From positions 53,816,001 through 53,880,000 of the forward strand of contig OZ365110.1 of NCBI GenBank assembly GCA_977030845.1: a stretch of DNA of 64,000 bases, in the 5' to 3' direction. Shown piece by piece: positions 53,928 to 64,000 of this stretch (the stretch's first letter is position 1; the number at the start of each line of letters is the position of its first letter). The stretch comes from Fimbriosthenelais zetlandica. Its lineage: Eukaryota. The position numbers and the translations under genes are program-made. Under the pieces are notes generated by a model, which saw only the letters and a list, made by a program, of their open reading frames with translations, was not told the origin of the DNA and did not search any database.

Positions 53928-54720
53928 AACAAGGCATGTCCGCGATTGGATGACATACAGTATAACCCATATCCCCTTACCTGCTTATTAATCGTGACTC
54001 AAATATAGACCCCATTCAACTACAACAACTATAGCACCTGATACCTTATAAAAAGTGACATAAAAATATTGAGATATATGTCATGAAATGTTTTGCTACT
54101 ATCTCTTCTTCCCCTGTGGATATCCGGAAAACTGATATCCTGTGTCGGAACAGTGGAAGTATCCTGTGAGATGGGGTGGTCTTTGATTGTAGGTGAAAGA
54201 CTTCTTGTTATTCCAACCAGAAGACTTTTTCTGTATCTGCATTATGAATACTATCAGTGATAGAGACTGTAACATTTGGAGTGCCATGATCCAGGCCTCA
54301 GTTGCCTGAGGGCTGATAGTGGATTGTTACTGTCTGTAGAATATCACTGTAAACAGTGCAATACACCGTTACTCCTCACATCAGATGGCAAAGTGCTTCA
54401 GGGAATGTGCTTAGTACAATATATTATAATGTACTGGTGTTTCCTCACAGTCCAAATATGTTTTGAAGATGATGACAGTAGAGAGGTGCATTATAGAATG
54501 TCAATACAGGTGGCAATGCAATATATTTATGACAGGACGATGACATTGCGAATGATGTAAACTTGTGCGAATAATGTCGAAACTTAACTACTGGCTAACA
54601 TAACTGCATTAAGTGGATGAAGTGGGCGAGGTGTCCTTGTTCACCCAGTATTTAAGAAAAATATTTTAGAAAATTGTCAGGTTGTACCTCAGTCCTCCTT
54701 CTGTCTTAATTTTTACATTT

Positions 54721-54956
54721 TAAGCCCGTTCTACACTGCACCGATATGGGGCCCGATTTCATGATCTTAACGGTCTCATTAGATCAAATTGAAATCAGAT
54801 TAATAATCGGCATAATGTGGATGAAGATAAGATCATGATCGGGATGATTCTCTCATAGATCTGTACATGTCAGATCTGATGCGACTGGGGGCAGATCTTG
54901 CATGTCAGATTTTAATCTGATCAGATCATAAATCGGTACAGTGTAGAACGCGCTTA
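54721..54956. mobile_element. 236-bp MITE with 25-bp TIRs (TAAG...CTTA termini)
   Basis: 5' TAAGCCCGTTCTACACTGCACCGAT vs reverse complement of the 3' end TAAGCGCGTTCTACACTGTACCGAT (23/25). The interior is rich in GATC/AGATC/TCAGAT. Confidence 0.88.
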
Positions 54957-55027
54957 TGTGGTTATAACAATTAATATTTGAATTTTCTGAAATTTAATAT
55001 CTTTCTATGAACACTGTGTGAATTGCC

Positions 55028-55063
55028 TTTAATGTAAAATCTCTTCTTCACTTGCAGGTAAGT
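55028..55063 (+). promoter_or_regulatory. Candidate recursive splice site (ratchet point, YnCAG|GTAAGT)
   Basis: tttaat (branch-like)...ctcttcttcacttgCAG|GTAAGT. AG at 55056-55057, GTAAGT at 55058-55063. No other AG dinucleotide in 54947-55055. Confidence 0.6.
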
Positions 55064-57994
55064 TGTCTGATGTGTAAGCTGAAAGGTAACAAGTTTTGAC
55101 CTTTTTGATTTTGATTTCTCCTTTAGATATAGTTTGAACCGCATGGTGCTAGCATCGATTTAGACTAACTCTATATGGCACCTACTGTGAAGACATAAAA
55201 GGACTATATTGCATTTTGTAATATATCCTTTTAAAATGTCCATCCACAATTTCATTAAACTGGATATCTCCAATCATGTTTTCAACCAAATTTCTATCAA
55301 GATGAATTAATATGAACTTAATGATTATAGTACACGTATTTTACCTATATTTTATACATATATTTTACCTGCATATTTTATCAATATTTCATTTCCTTAT
55401 TCCCCTGATTTTATTTCATTTTTTTTTTCATGAAAAGACTTTGAGAAATTGAATTTTAAAACTAAATTAAACTATTCTATTTATAAAAATAACAAATTTA
55501 CTCACTTTTTCTTATGATCTGAAGTGAATGTTTGTAAATTGATATATCAATTTTCTACTCGTCACCACTCAACCATATATGTGTTTATGATAATATTCTA
55601 CGCCATTATTATCATGATAATAATGTTATCTAGAATTTCAGATATCCGTGTAGCTACTAAAGTAAATCTTGTCTTCCATGTTGCTCCTGTAAATTATTTA
55701 CACTGGAATACCTTGTCAGTCTCTTTACAGTCATTGAATTTTCTTCATTTTTCTAAATTCATCCCCTTATCCGGCCACTTGAATAATCGTCAGAACCAGA
55801 TCTGACCCGCTAAAAATACAATCTGTTGAATACATTGTCAGAACCACATGCAGTTAAAACAAAGTGTGAGTACCACGACCCGACCACTTAATGGTTGGAA
55901 ACAAAATTAATTTTAAAACAGAACTTTTATACATGTACACCTACCATACTCGCTAAAGTGACCATCCCACTACACAATCTCAGTCCAAATAGTGACTCCA
56001 CTGTCGATCCATTTAATAACCCGTCAATGCCTGTTTTACGATCACTAGGTATTACAGTGTAAGCCGATATAGTGTGTCCATTGTATCTTGCATGTTGTGA
56101 TGTCATGACCTATCCTCACCTATTGACAGTATATATTGACATATATATAGTCTCCACCCATCTGCTTTAGCTTTTATAATCCAACCTGCCAGTTAGCTTT
56201 TGCTATTTGACTTTTTCCACCTTATTCTCATCTTCTAGTTAGACTTTTTTTAATTCCCTTTTTATTATATATTCAGTAGCATCTTTTTCACTCACCATTT
56301 CATTTCTCAAATTTATACTTGTTCGCAAAAAAAAAAAAGGAAATTTTCTACTGATTGAAAATTTATGACATTTTTCAGTACATATGATTATGAGGTTTTG
56401 CTGTTTATTCAACGCCTTTCTTCTCTCTCCTCTCTCCTTCAAGTGATCAGGACTGGTTATCTGATTCTAGCCTTCAGTGACTGCACGTATTTAGTCTAAT
56501 TAATACCAAATAATGGGAATTGGTAGGGTGAAAACAACGCATTTCCCCAGTATGTACAACAAGCGCATGTCAAGATTTCCAAAACCCATCAAATCACAAC
56601 GACCCTTCTCTGACCTTTGCTACCCAGCCAATCACGTTTAAGAGAACCACAAAGCCTACTTCCTATTGGTCAGAATTACCCAACATTCAATGTTTTGACC
56701 CAGATTTGTTGCTCAGACACGAGGCATTATTTATTCTTTTATTTGGCCCTTGTCATTGTATGGCTAGTGTGTGCACTTTGCCACTTCGTCCAGACCCAAT
56801 CACATGGAAAACCCCTTCAAACTCCCGGCTAAAGTCATGAGCACTTTGCTTTATTATATCCATCAACCCGCATACTTTCTAGCAAGGACAAAATGTTCCT
56901 ATGGGCAATGTTTCAGATAAAGACTCGGAGTTTCTCGGACCTGTCCATATGTGACAATTATGCAGCAGATGATGATGTGACGATTTTGGTGGACCTTGAA
57001 TACTTGGTCATATGCTTGATAGTCAAAACCAACTCCATATAAATCAACCAATTATGCCAAAATTACTTAGGAAGAGTGACTCTCATGTGCCCAGTGATGG
57101 TGATTTAACCTGGATACTATAAAGTGCTCTGGATTAGCTAGGATGTCAAGAGAGTCCTGCCCAACCTCCACACTACCTAGACCTCATAGTTGTGGATCCT
57201 GCTGAATATATGTACAAGATTAGGGTTACCATTGGACAGACTATAACTGACAACTTCTGTTAGCTCTGCTCAATTTTGGTTTATCTTTGATAATTTTTTT
57301 TAAATTTTAGATTATGATCTTCTCTGGTCCTTCTTTAAGTTTTTTTTGCAGGGTGCGGGTCAAAAAATGTAGCTGCCTTTTTAGAATATCAGCTCCTATT
57401 CCTGCCTCTATTTGGGATTCTGGAATTTTCTCTTGGGGGCTTATGTTTATGTGCAATGCATTTTTATTTGCCTTTGCAAATTTAAACTTTGTAAAAGATT
57501 GAAAAGAAAATTGAAATTTTGAAAGTGGAATGTATCGTAAATTGTCTAGGTATTCATTGTCGGATTATTGGAAGTCTTTTGGAAGTTTTATTTTGGTGTA
57601 GATTTGTTTTCAAGTTAAGAACACTATTATTTTGATTGTCATTTAAGGGGATTGTGTAAATATTTCTACATGAAGTGTCTGGTACCTCCCTGTCTCTCTG
57701 CTTACCTCAGTGTGCTCGCCTGACCCCAAGGTCTGTCATGTCAGTGTAAAAAGCTAATTCTCTTTTCCATCCTTGTCCAACTGGAATCCCCCATCATATA
57801 TTTCACCGTGTCAACGTCATATTCTACGACAAGATTCTGGTGCCCTCCACCACCCAGGGAGGTGATGAGCACCTCTGTAAAGTTCTATTACCATGGTGAC
57901 GCTTGAAGTTGTCAAGGTCAACCAGATGCCAGCTGTCATGTCGTATGATATGCTGTCACACTGTAGTTTATGAGGAAGTGCTGTGTTTTTACAG

Positions 57995-59083
57995 GTATTG
58001 GCTGTTATATCGATCCTCTTCGTAATTCTCTCCACCATCGCCTTGACTCTTAACACCATACCAGCCATACAAAAACGAGATGAACATGGCATTGAAGATA
58101 ACCCCAAGTTAGCCATAGTCGAAGCCGTTTGTATCGCCTGGTTCACCTTAGAATACGTCCTCCGATTTTGGGCAGCGCCTAATAAATGGAAATTCCTAAA
58201 GGGGGCTCTGAATTTTATAGATCTTCTCGCCATTATGCCTTACTTTGTCTCCTTGGGACTTGCGGAATCCAACCGCAGCACAGAACAGTTCCACAATGTT
58301 CGACGAGTGGTGCAAATATTCAGAATCATGCGGATTCTACGGATTTTAAAGCTTGCCCGGCACTCTACCGGGCTCCAATCTCTGGGCTACACTTTACAAC
58401 GGAGCTATAAAGAACTTGGTCTACTTATGATGTTCTTAGCCATCGGTGTACTGCTCTTCTCTAGTCTGGCTTACTTTGCAGAGAAAGACGAGGAACATAC
58501 CAAGTTCCTGAGCATACCTGAGACTTTTTGGTGGGCTGCCATTACCATGACGACCGTGGGTTATGGAGACATCTGTCCTACCACTGTCATGGGTAAACTA
58601 GTCGGCAGTGTGTGTTGTATATGCGGTGTGTTAGTTATTGCCCTTCCCATTCCCATTATTGTCAACAACTTCGCCGAGTTTTATAAGGACCAGATGCGAA
58701 GGGAAAAGGCCATCAAGCGTAAGGAAGCGCTGGAACGGGCCAAGCAGAACGGGAGCATCGTGTCGTTCCATTCAGTCAACTTGCGTGATGCTTTTGCCCG
58801 CAGCGTGGAGCTTATCGACGTGATATCGGAGAGGCATGACGGCGATTCCGCCAGCCAGTTCAATAGCGCGCCGACAAGCCCTCCGCCGTGTGGCGTAAAA
58901 GCAAACGACACAAACACGCTTCAGCTTGAGGATTCAACGTCCGTGAAAGACAGTCAGGAAGATAACATGAACCCTGGAGGAGGAAGTGGAGGGAGTCAAC
59001 GACTGCTGGGCGAGGGTGACCAAACCCTCCTTACCTCAACTGGTGAACTCCACTCCCAGGTGAGACAACTTGAATATCTCTAA
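57995..59083 (+). CDS. Shab: Kv2/Shab-family voltage-gated K+ channel alpha subunit, coding exon (S1-S6, pore, proximal C-terminus); N-terminal T1 exon lies outside the window
   Basis: Translation gives S1 [22 protein letters not shown]4 [29 protein letters not shown], pore [19 protein letters not shown]6 [20 protein letters not shown] with the Kv2-type PIP motif, and the Kv2 C-terminal motif [26 protein letters not shown]. The ORF track's start (GTG at 57983, MFLQ) is really the splice acceptor ctgtgtttttacag (AG at 57993-57994). Stop TAA at 59081-59083; the exon may instead end at the donor 59059/59060. Confidence 0.96.
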   Translation, partial: VLAVISILFVILSTIALTLNTIPAIQKRDEHGIEDNPKLAIVEAVCIAWFTLEYVLRFWAAPNKWKFLKGALNFIDLLAIMPYFVSLGLAESNRSTEQFHNVRRVVQIFRIMRILRILKLARHSTGLQSLGYTLQRSYKELGLLMMFLAIGVLLFSSLAYFAEKDEEHTKFLSIPETFWWAAITMTTVGYGDICPTTVMGKLVGSVCCICGVLVIALPIPIIVNNFAEFYKDQMRREKAIKRKEALERAKQNGSIVSFHSVNLRDAFARSVELIDVISERHDGDSASQFNSAPTSPPPCGVKANDTNTLQLEDSTSVKDSQEDNMNPGGGSGGSQRLLGEGDQTLLTSTGELHSQVRQLEYL

Positions 59084-59284
59084 CATGGTAAAGGGGCACA
59101 ACCACTGTTACGATAGCCCACTAAGATAGCAGTAGAGATAGGCTATACGACATAGGAAACAACTACAATATAGCCAAAATTGGTCTGCAATCAAATTTAA
59201 TCAAAATTCCAAGATGTAAAAATGAATTTTGGTGTTATCGTCTATCGTGATAGTGGGTGCCCAGCCTTGATAGGGTCGTTCCAC

Positions 59285-59460
59285 TAGGTCGCAAGTACAA
59301 AGAGATAACTTTCTTGTCGCAGCCAGTTGTAAATGATCGCACAAAAATCAAAATGATTTGATATTGGTGCGATCAAATCGCTGACACAAGATTCATTTGC
59401 AAACAGTTGCAAGCAATCCCTTGTGCTTAAGACCGTGTGGAAGACCTCTATATAAGGCAT
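59285..59460. mobile_element. Dispersed repeat copy just downstream of the Kv2 stop codon (same family as 25720-25830 and 5400-5540)
   Basis: atcaaaatgatttga(t/c)attggtg(c/t)gatc(a/t)aatc(g/a)ctga is shared with 25765-25805. Confidence 0.6.
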
Positions 59461-60905
59461 GCTGCACACTATAAAACAAGATGGTGTCCCGATTCAAATT
59501 TTGTTTCAGCTGTGACTCGGGTCTAGTTTATTTCACATTTTATTTGACCTAGCGTGTTGACATACAACTGACATACTATTGGATTACTGTCTCCCGATGA
59601 TCTGGAGCATTGTGCAGTAGCCACTGACAAGATCCAAAATTAGAATCGGGAGTCATCAGGTCTTATGTCTAAAGCCTGACACATTCTGGAAACAATGTCT
59701 CTATTTATCCTATGCCTTTTAAAAAACATTTCATTATGTCCCATCTCCACTTTTTGAATATTAGCTCTTGTCAAAGAAATTTGGTGGCCATACCCCACTT
59801 GATTTAATGGATTTTAGTGCCTACATTTCATAGGATAAAATATAAACATTTCGTATGAAGGGAACAGCAACAAAACTGTTCATGCAATGTGGTATTTGAA
59901 GGCTTTATCGTTAGACCATCTCAACATTAAGCTAGATCTACCCATTAGGGTTTGGTTCATATATATATATATGTTTACACTAGCTTGCTGTTGAATATAA
60001 TGATTCATATAGAAACTAATCTATTATGAGTGTTTATCAGTAGGAAAATTTATTTTGAGTGTGTAGAATTGGAATGCTCATACGGTTTTTTTTCCGAGAA
60101 ATCCCTCAAGCTTTTTTTCCAGATCGTTTTTAGCTGTGTACACCAATGTCTAATAATCTAATTTTGTTTATTTAGTACGACCGAAGACATTTTTTAAAAA
60201 TTGTGAACTGATATGTTTAGAATAAGAACAATGACTTAGGGTGAATTCCACGTCTTGATGTTCCATTTTAGACTTCTTGCTAAGGTATTGTAGCATCTAT
60301 ACCAACTTTCCAACATTAAAATGCCTCGCTCAGTCACCTCCTCACTTGACCCTATACTTTGCTTGGTTTTATGGAACGTGGCATGCAGTCATTCCTTATC
60401 AGATGGTTTAAGCAAGGTCCACACCAACCCGAGTGACTAAAAGATTTACATTTTATAGTGAAGTAAGAAGGAGGAGCGTTCTTCCATCTATGTTTTGTTC
60501 CCCAACTAGCAAATGGAATGTTAGACATCTATTTAAAAAAAAATAATAGAAACTAAAAAACAAAATAAAATCAAAATCTGGAGGTCATTTGGCATGGTGT
60601 GTGAGGATCTTAATTCTAGGAATTCAGTGCATTCCTGACAAAAACAGAAAACCAGGAGGACATCCATTGAACTATGGTTTAATGTTTGTCTCCTAAAGCA
60701 TATCATAATATCAGCATTGTACTATCTATCAGACATTCTCCATTCAGTTTGATGAGTATGCTCTTGCATAAGTTTAGGTTCCATAAGGTTGTGTGTCACT
60801 TTCCATAAGGAACTGTCCTACAAATGTTTATAATCTTTAATTGATTTCTCTCAGTACGTCCTCTAAAACTGTACAAATGGATTTAACTTTCTCAGAAGAA
60901 AAACT

Positions 60906-61186
60906 ATGGACCTGCAGCATGAAAGGGCCAATATATTCTGAAGAAGACAAAGTAACGTGTAGACTAGAATATTTTTTTTAATAGAAGTTCCTGTAAATGT
61001 TCGGAATGTTGCCTTGACTCAATGGATTAAATTCTGAATTCTTGCCTGTGGAATGGTAGACATGCTATAATGAATTTGCATGCACTTTGCAAATTTCATG
61101 AACCACATTCCTAGGAAGGGAAGGTTTTAATTTTTCTGGATTGTTCCTAATATAAAGTACTTTTTAAAAGAAACTGCAGGTCCATA
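60906..61186. mobile_element. MITE-like element with 13-bp perfect TIR (tatggacctgcag / ctgcaggtccata)
   Basis: Inverted repeat at 60906-60918 and 61174-61186. A similar terminus (tacggacctgcag) precedes the 39587 duplication. Confidence 0.55.
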
Positions 61187-64000
61187 AGTAAAAGAACTTC
61201 TTCCATCGGCGAAAAAGAGCTGATAAAACTGAGAACTTACTTTAATGATCAACTACCCTATTCTCGCTCTTGTAGTTCTGCACCATATCTATTAATCTGT
61301 AAATTATTTATATATACTCCTATTATGGAGGTAATATGTTCTCCATCTTTCTGTATGTATAAATTACTCTACCAAATCTACCATATCTATGGTTTACCAC
61401 AAAGAGTTCAGCCTTACACATATGTGCCATTAAAATCGAAAGTCAGATTCCTTTATGTAAGCTCATCCTGAAATCGCTGGAAATTTCCCTGATTGGACAA
61501 AAAATTATTATTTATTTACCCATCCAACCATTCAGTTATCCTTCCTTCCATCCATTCATTCATCCATCCATTCATCCATCAATCCTTGATCTACCTGTTT
61601 AGATGGAATAGAACAATCTCTGATTTTAATGGTGTATTTGACGGACACAAATTAATGGCACAGGTGTGATAGTACCTTCATTCCATTAAGAAATCCACTT
61701 ATATTAAAGTCTTAACTTTTGATTATCATTTACTGTACAATTTACCCTTTCATAGCTTTAACTTAATGACTTTAACTTTACTTAAGACTTGAAATTAAGC
61801 TCTCATTAAACACATAAATGTGTGTTGTTAGGATTCTCTCATATCCTTATATATATTATAGCATAGGTCTTGAAGGTGATTGCTGGATTAGCCGCATTGC
61901 AAAATGCATTTTGATATGTGCCAGGCGATGTTTTGAGATGTTTCCATTGCTGTTCCATGACAGTGTTATGAAAAAAAATTAATAACATTCAAAATTTAGG
62001 ACAAATTAGACTGCTTTTAATAATTCCAGGTTTGTCAAGTGGTTGATTTTTCGACGTACTCTTGAAATGCATTCACCCCGAATATACTAGATCAGCAGAT
62101 TTGTAGATTTGTATACCAACTAAAACTAGAGGACTTCGTTCTTCAACAAAGAACCACACCCCGTCCTTCGTGACATCAGATTGTATCTTCTCTGAAAGAA
62201 TAATGTCTCCTTGTTCATGCCAAAGCTTTTACTTCAGAATGGTTTGTATACAAAAAGATGTGAAGACTCATTCTGAAATATGTTAACCAACTTGATAGTA
62301 CCCAAGTTTCATAGTAAGGACACACCCATAGTAACTCCTTACAGAACTATTTCAAGCACTGGTTTTGTTGTCTAACTTCGATTGAAATTTGTCTTAAAAA
62401 GGGTATCTTTGTATTGCACTATGCTGTAGCAGAAAAGTACACCTAACTTTTATTGAAACAGCAGAACAAAGGGTGAAATACTGATAAAATTGCTACTAAC
62501 AGGTGAGCTCCAAGGCTTAGGGTACATCGAAGAGTTGTTTTTGGTGTTTTTGTCAATGTTGCAACGGCAAATGTAACTGTTTTATTTCTCACTTGAATAT
62601 TTGAAAATCTATTAGGGGCCTATTAGGTGAAGTTCTTCAAACCATTGTTTTAAATTTTAAAAAGATATGTTAGCAAAATAGGCTCCTCAAGAATTAAAGT
62701 CAATGATATATAACTAATCAGGGAAAGGTTTATATTATACAGGGTTCCAACTCAAAAATGCATTTAATCTTAGAAATTTCCTGGTGTGTAAAACGGAGAC
62801 TTTGGAGGAAAATGGTATATTTATGTTTAAAATAAGCATAGTATTAGTTCAGCATAGTTTGTCCATGCTGGAGGTGAATATATGGATATTGACCTTGATA
62901 AATACAGAAAATACCCTGCAAAGGAATAGAAAGAACATTCACAATTTTACAATGCTAGGTGCGGAACACTGACTATTTTAACTCAGTAATTATGATTACA
63001 TTGCATCAGTTTATATCAGTCTATATTATCTGCCATAGAATCTAAAACCCATTTCACCTTTGTAAAGGTTTACAGTAGGCCACAGTCGGTTGATGGAGAC
63101 TTTTTCACTTTCTCCAGAGTTAGCCTCAGTTATAAATAGCCATACCCATAACTCATATTAGCATCTAGAGACTAATCTGGTCAATCCGACCATCTTAAAA
63201 AACTTGCCTTTTATCTTGATAGCTTCGCACATATTGTGATGCTAAACTGGGTGGAAAAAAATCCGGCGGCGCTGGGTGCCACTAGAATCCATAATTGTGG
63301 TGAGGGAACCATCCAGGGCATCAGGCTGCAAAATGTCGCTACCAGGGGATGTCGCTAGCAAAGCCTCAGGGGGGCCCGAATTCATCTGACAAAATTCAAA
63401 TGAGATTAGATCCATTATAATACTTGACAATAATAATTTTACATAAATATCCACCCACTCCATTTACAAATTTCCACAAATTTCGTCCTACCTCGCTTGC
63501 CAATTCGCTATTGGTAATTTTGTAATTGCAAATACATTCACATCGAATTTGGTGAATTAAAAATATTTTTGGCGAGGGGCCACACCACATCCTGGGCCCA
63601 CTGTTCTTATAAGGGGTTGGTATGGCCCCTGGAGCCCCCCTGTTTCCTGCATCCCTGGACTTTGTGACTTTAATCCTTGGCACGCGTTAATCACTCGAAT
63701 ATCAACTCTAATAAACACGGATAATAAGGCGTATAATGACCGTCTTCTTTAAACTGGCTCTATCACTGATCACAGATGAGCGTTAAACTTCCCTATCTTT
63801 TTAGTATAAATTCATGTTATTTGACCCAGATTCTGACATAACAGGTCGAGGCATGCATTAGAGTATACATCCTTCCCTTTTTGTCAAAATATCTTCAAAC
63901 ACATTGGAAGCTCTATCATCCATTTTACTACAGAATAGACGGTGATTACTAATGCGCATCCAGATCCGCATATTAACATTGATATCATGAATAACATATA

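Larger units (their letters stand above)
1..57994 (+). other. Probable giant phase-0 intron of the Kv2/Shab gene (5' end outside the window)
   Basis: The acceptor precedes VLAVISIL, matching the KCNB1/KCNB2 junction ...AAK|ILAIISI. No ORF in the track encodes the T1 domain (NVGG, EYFFDR, YRTG motifs). The region is repeat-rich with no other recognisable gene. Confidence 0.7.

Noticed and set aside
57685-57736. Alternative acceptor at 57709-57710 (cctccctgtctctctgcttacctcAG) and a 20-nt mini-exon
   Set aside because: The following donor (GTCTGT) is poor, extension to the exon is 284 nt (out of frame), and the same bases read as a donor on the minus strand; ambiguous.
57983-57994. ORF-track start codon (MFLQ) of the Kv2 ORF
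   Set aside because: It is a GTG inside the splice acceptor; the protein has no T1 domain here and homology starts at VLAV.
57817-58917. Antisense and alternative-frame ORFs overlapping the Kv2 exon
   Set aside because: Shadow ORFs of a real coding exon with no recognisable motifs.
60564-60569. AATAAA poly(A) signal for Kv2
   Set aside because: It lies inside an A-rich run, and the gene may continue through the 59060 donor, so it cannot be assigned.

Overview
Eukaryotic (animal, probably protostome invertebrate) genomic scaffold sequence, AT-rich, with one 155-N gap at 7670-7824. It holds one recognisable coding segment: a + strand exon of a Kv2/Shab (KCNB-type) voltage-gated potassium channel, 57995-59083, covering S1-S6, the pore and the proximal C-terminus. 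The exon starts at a phase-0 acceptor (tttttacag|[15 protein letters not shown]...), the same position as the large intron of vertebrate KCNB1/KCNB2. No T1-domain exon is visible upstream, so most of bases 1-57994 are probably one giant intron (inference). That intron is filled with short non-autonomous elements: a TTAA-ended fold-back family, a TTAA/AG..CT Kolobok-like family, TA-CAGT Tc1/mariner/pogo-like MITEs, CAGGG hAT-like MITEs and tRNA-derived SINEs, plus mini- and microsatellites. Most notable observations: (1) a well-formed recursive-splicing (ratchet) site at 55056-55063 with weaker candidates upstream, including a possible 49-nt cryptic exon; (2) a genomic Cys at the external TEA site (GYGDIC), which squid and fly reach by A-to-I editing; (3) Gly at the residue equivalent to the Kv2.1 F274 toxin site; (4) an in-frame donor just before the stop codon, suggesting alternative C-termini; (5) a modular palindromic element family that forms a perfect 51-bp hairpin in the pre-mRNA. 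All other ORFs in the track look spurious. Superfamily names for the repeats come from terminal motifs only; no searches were run.
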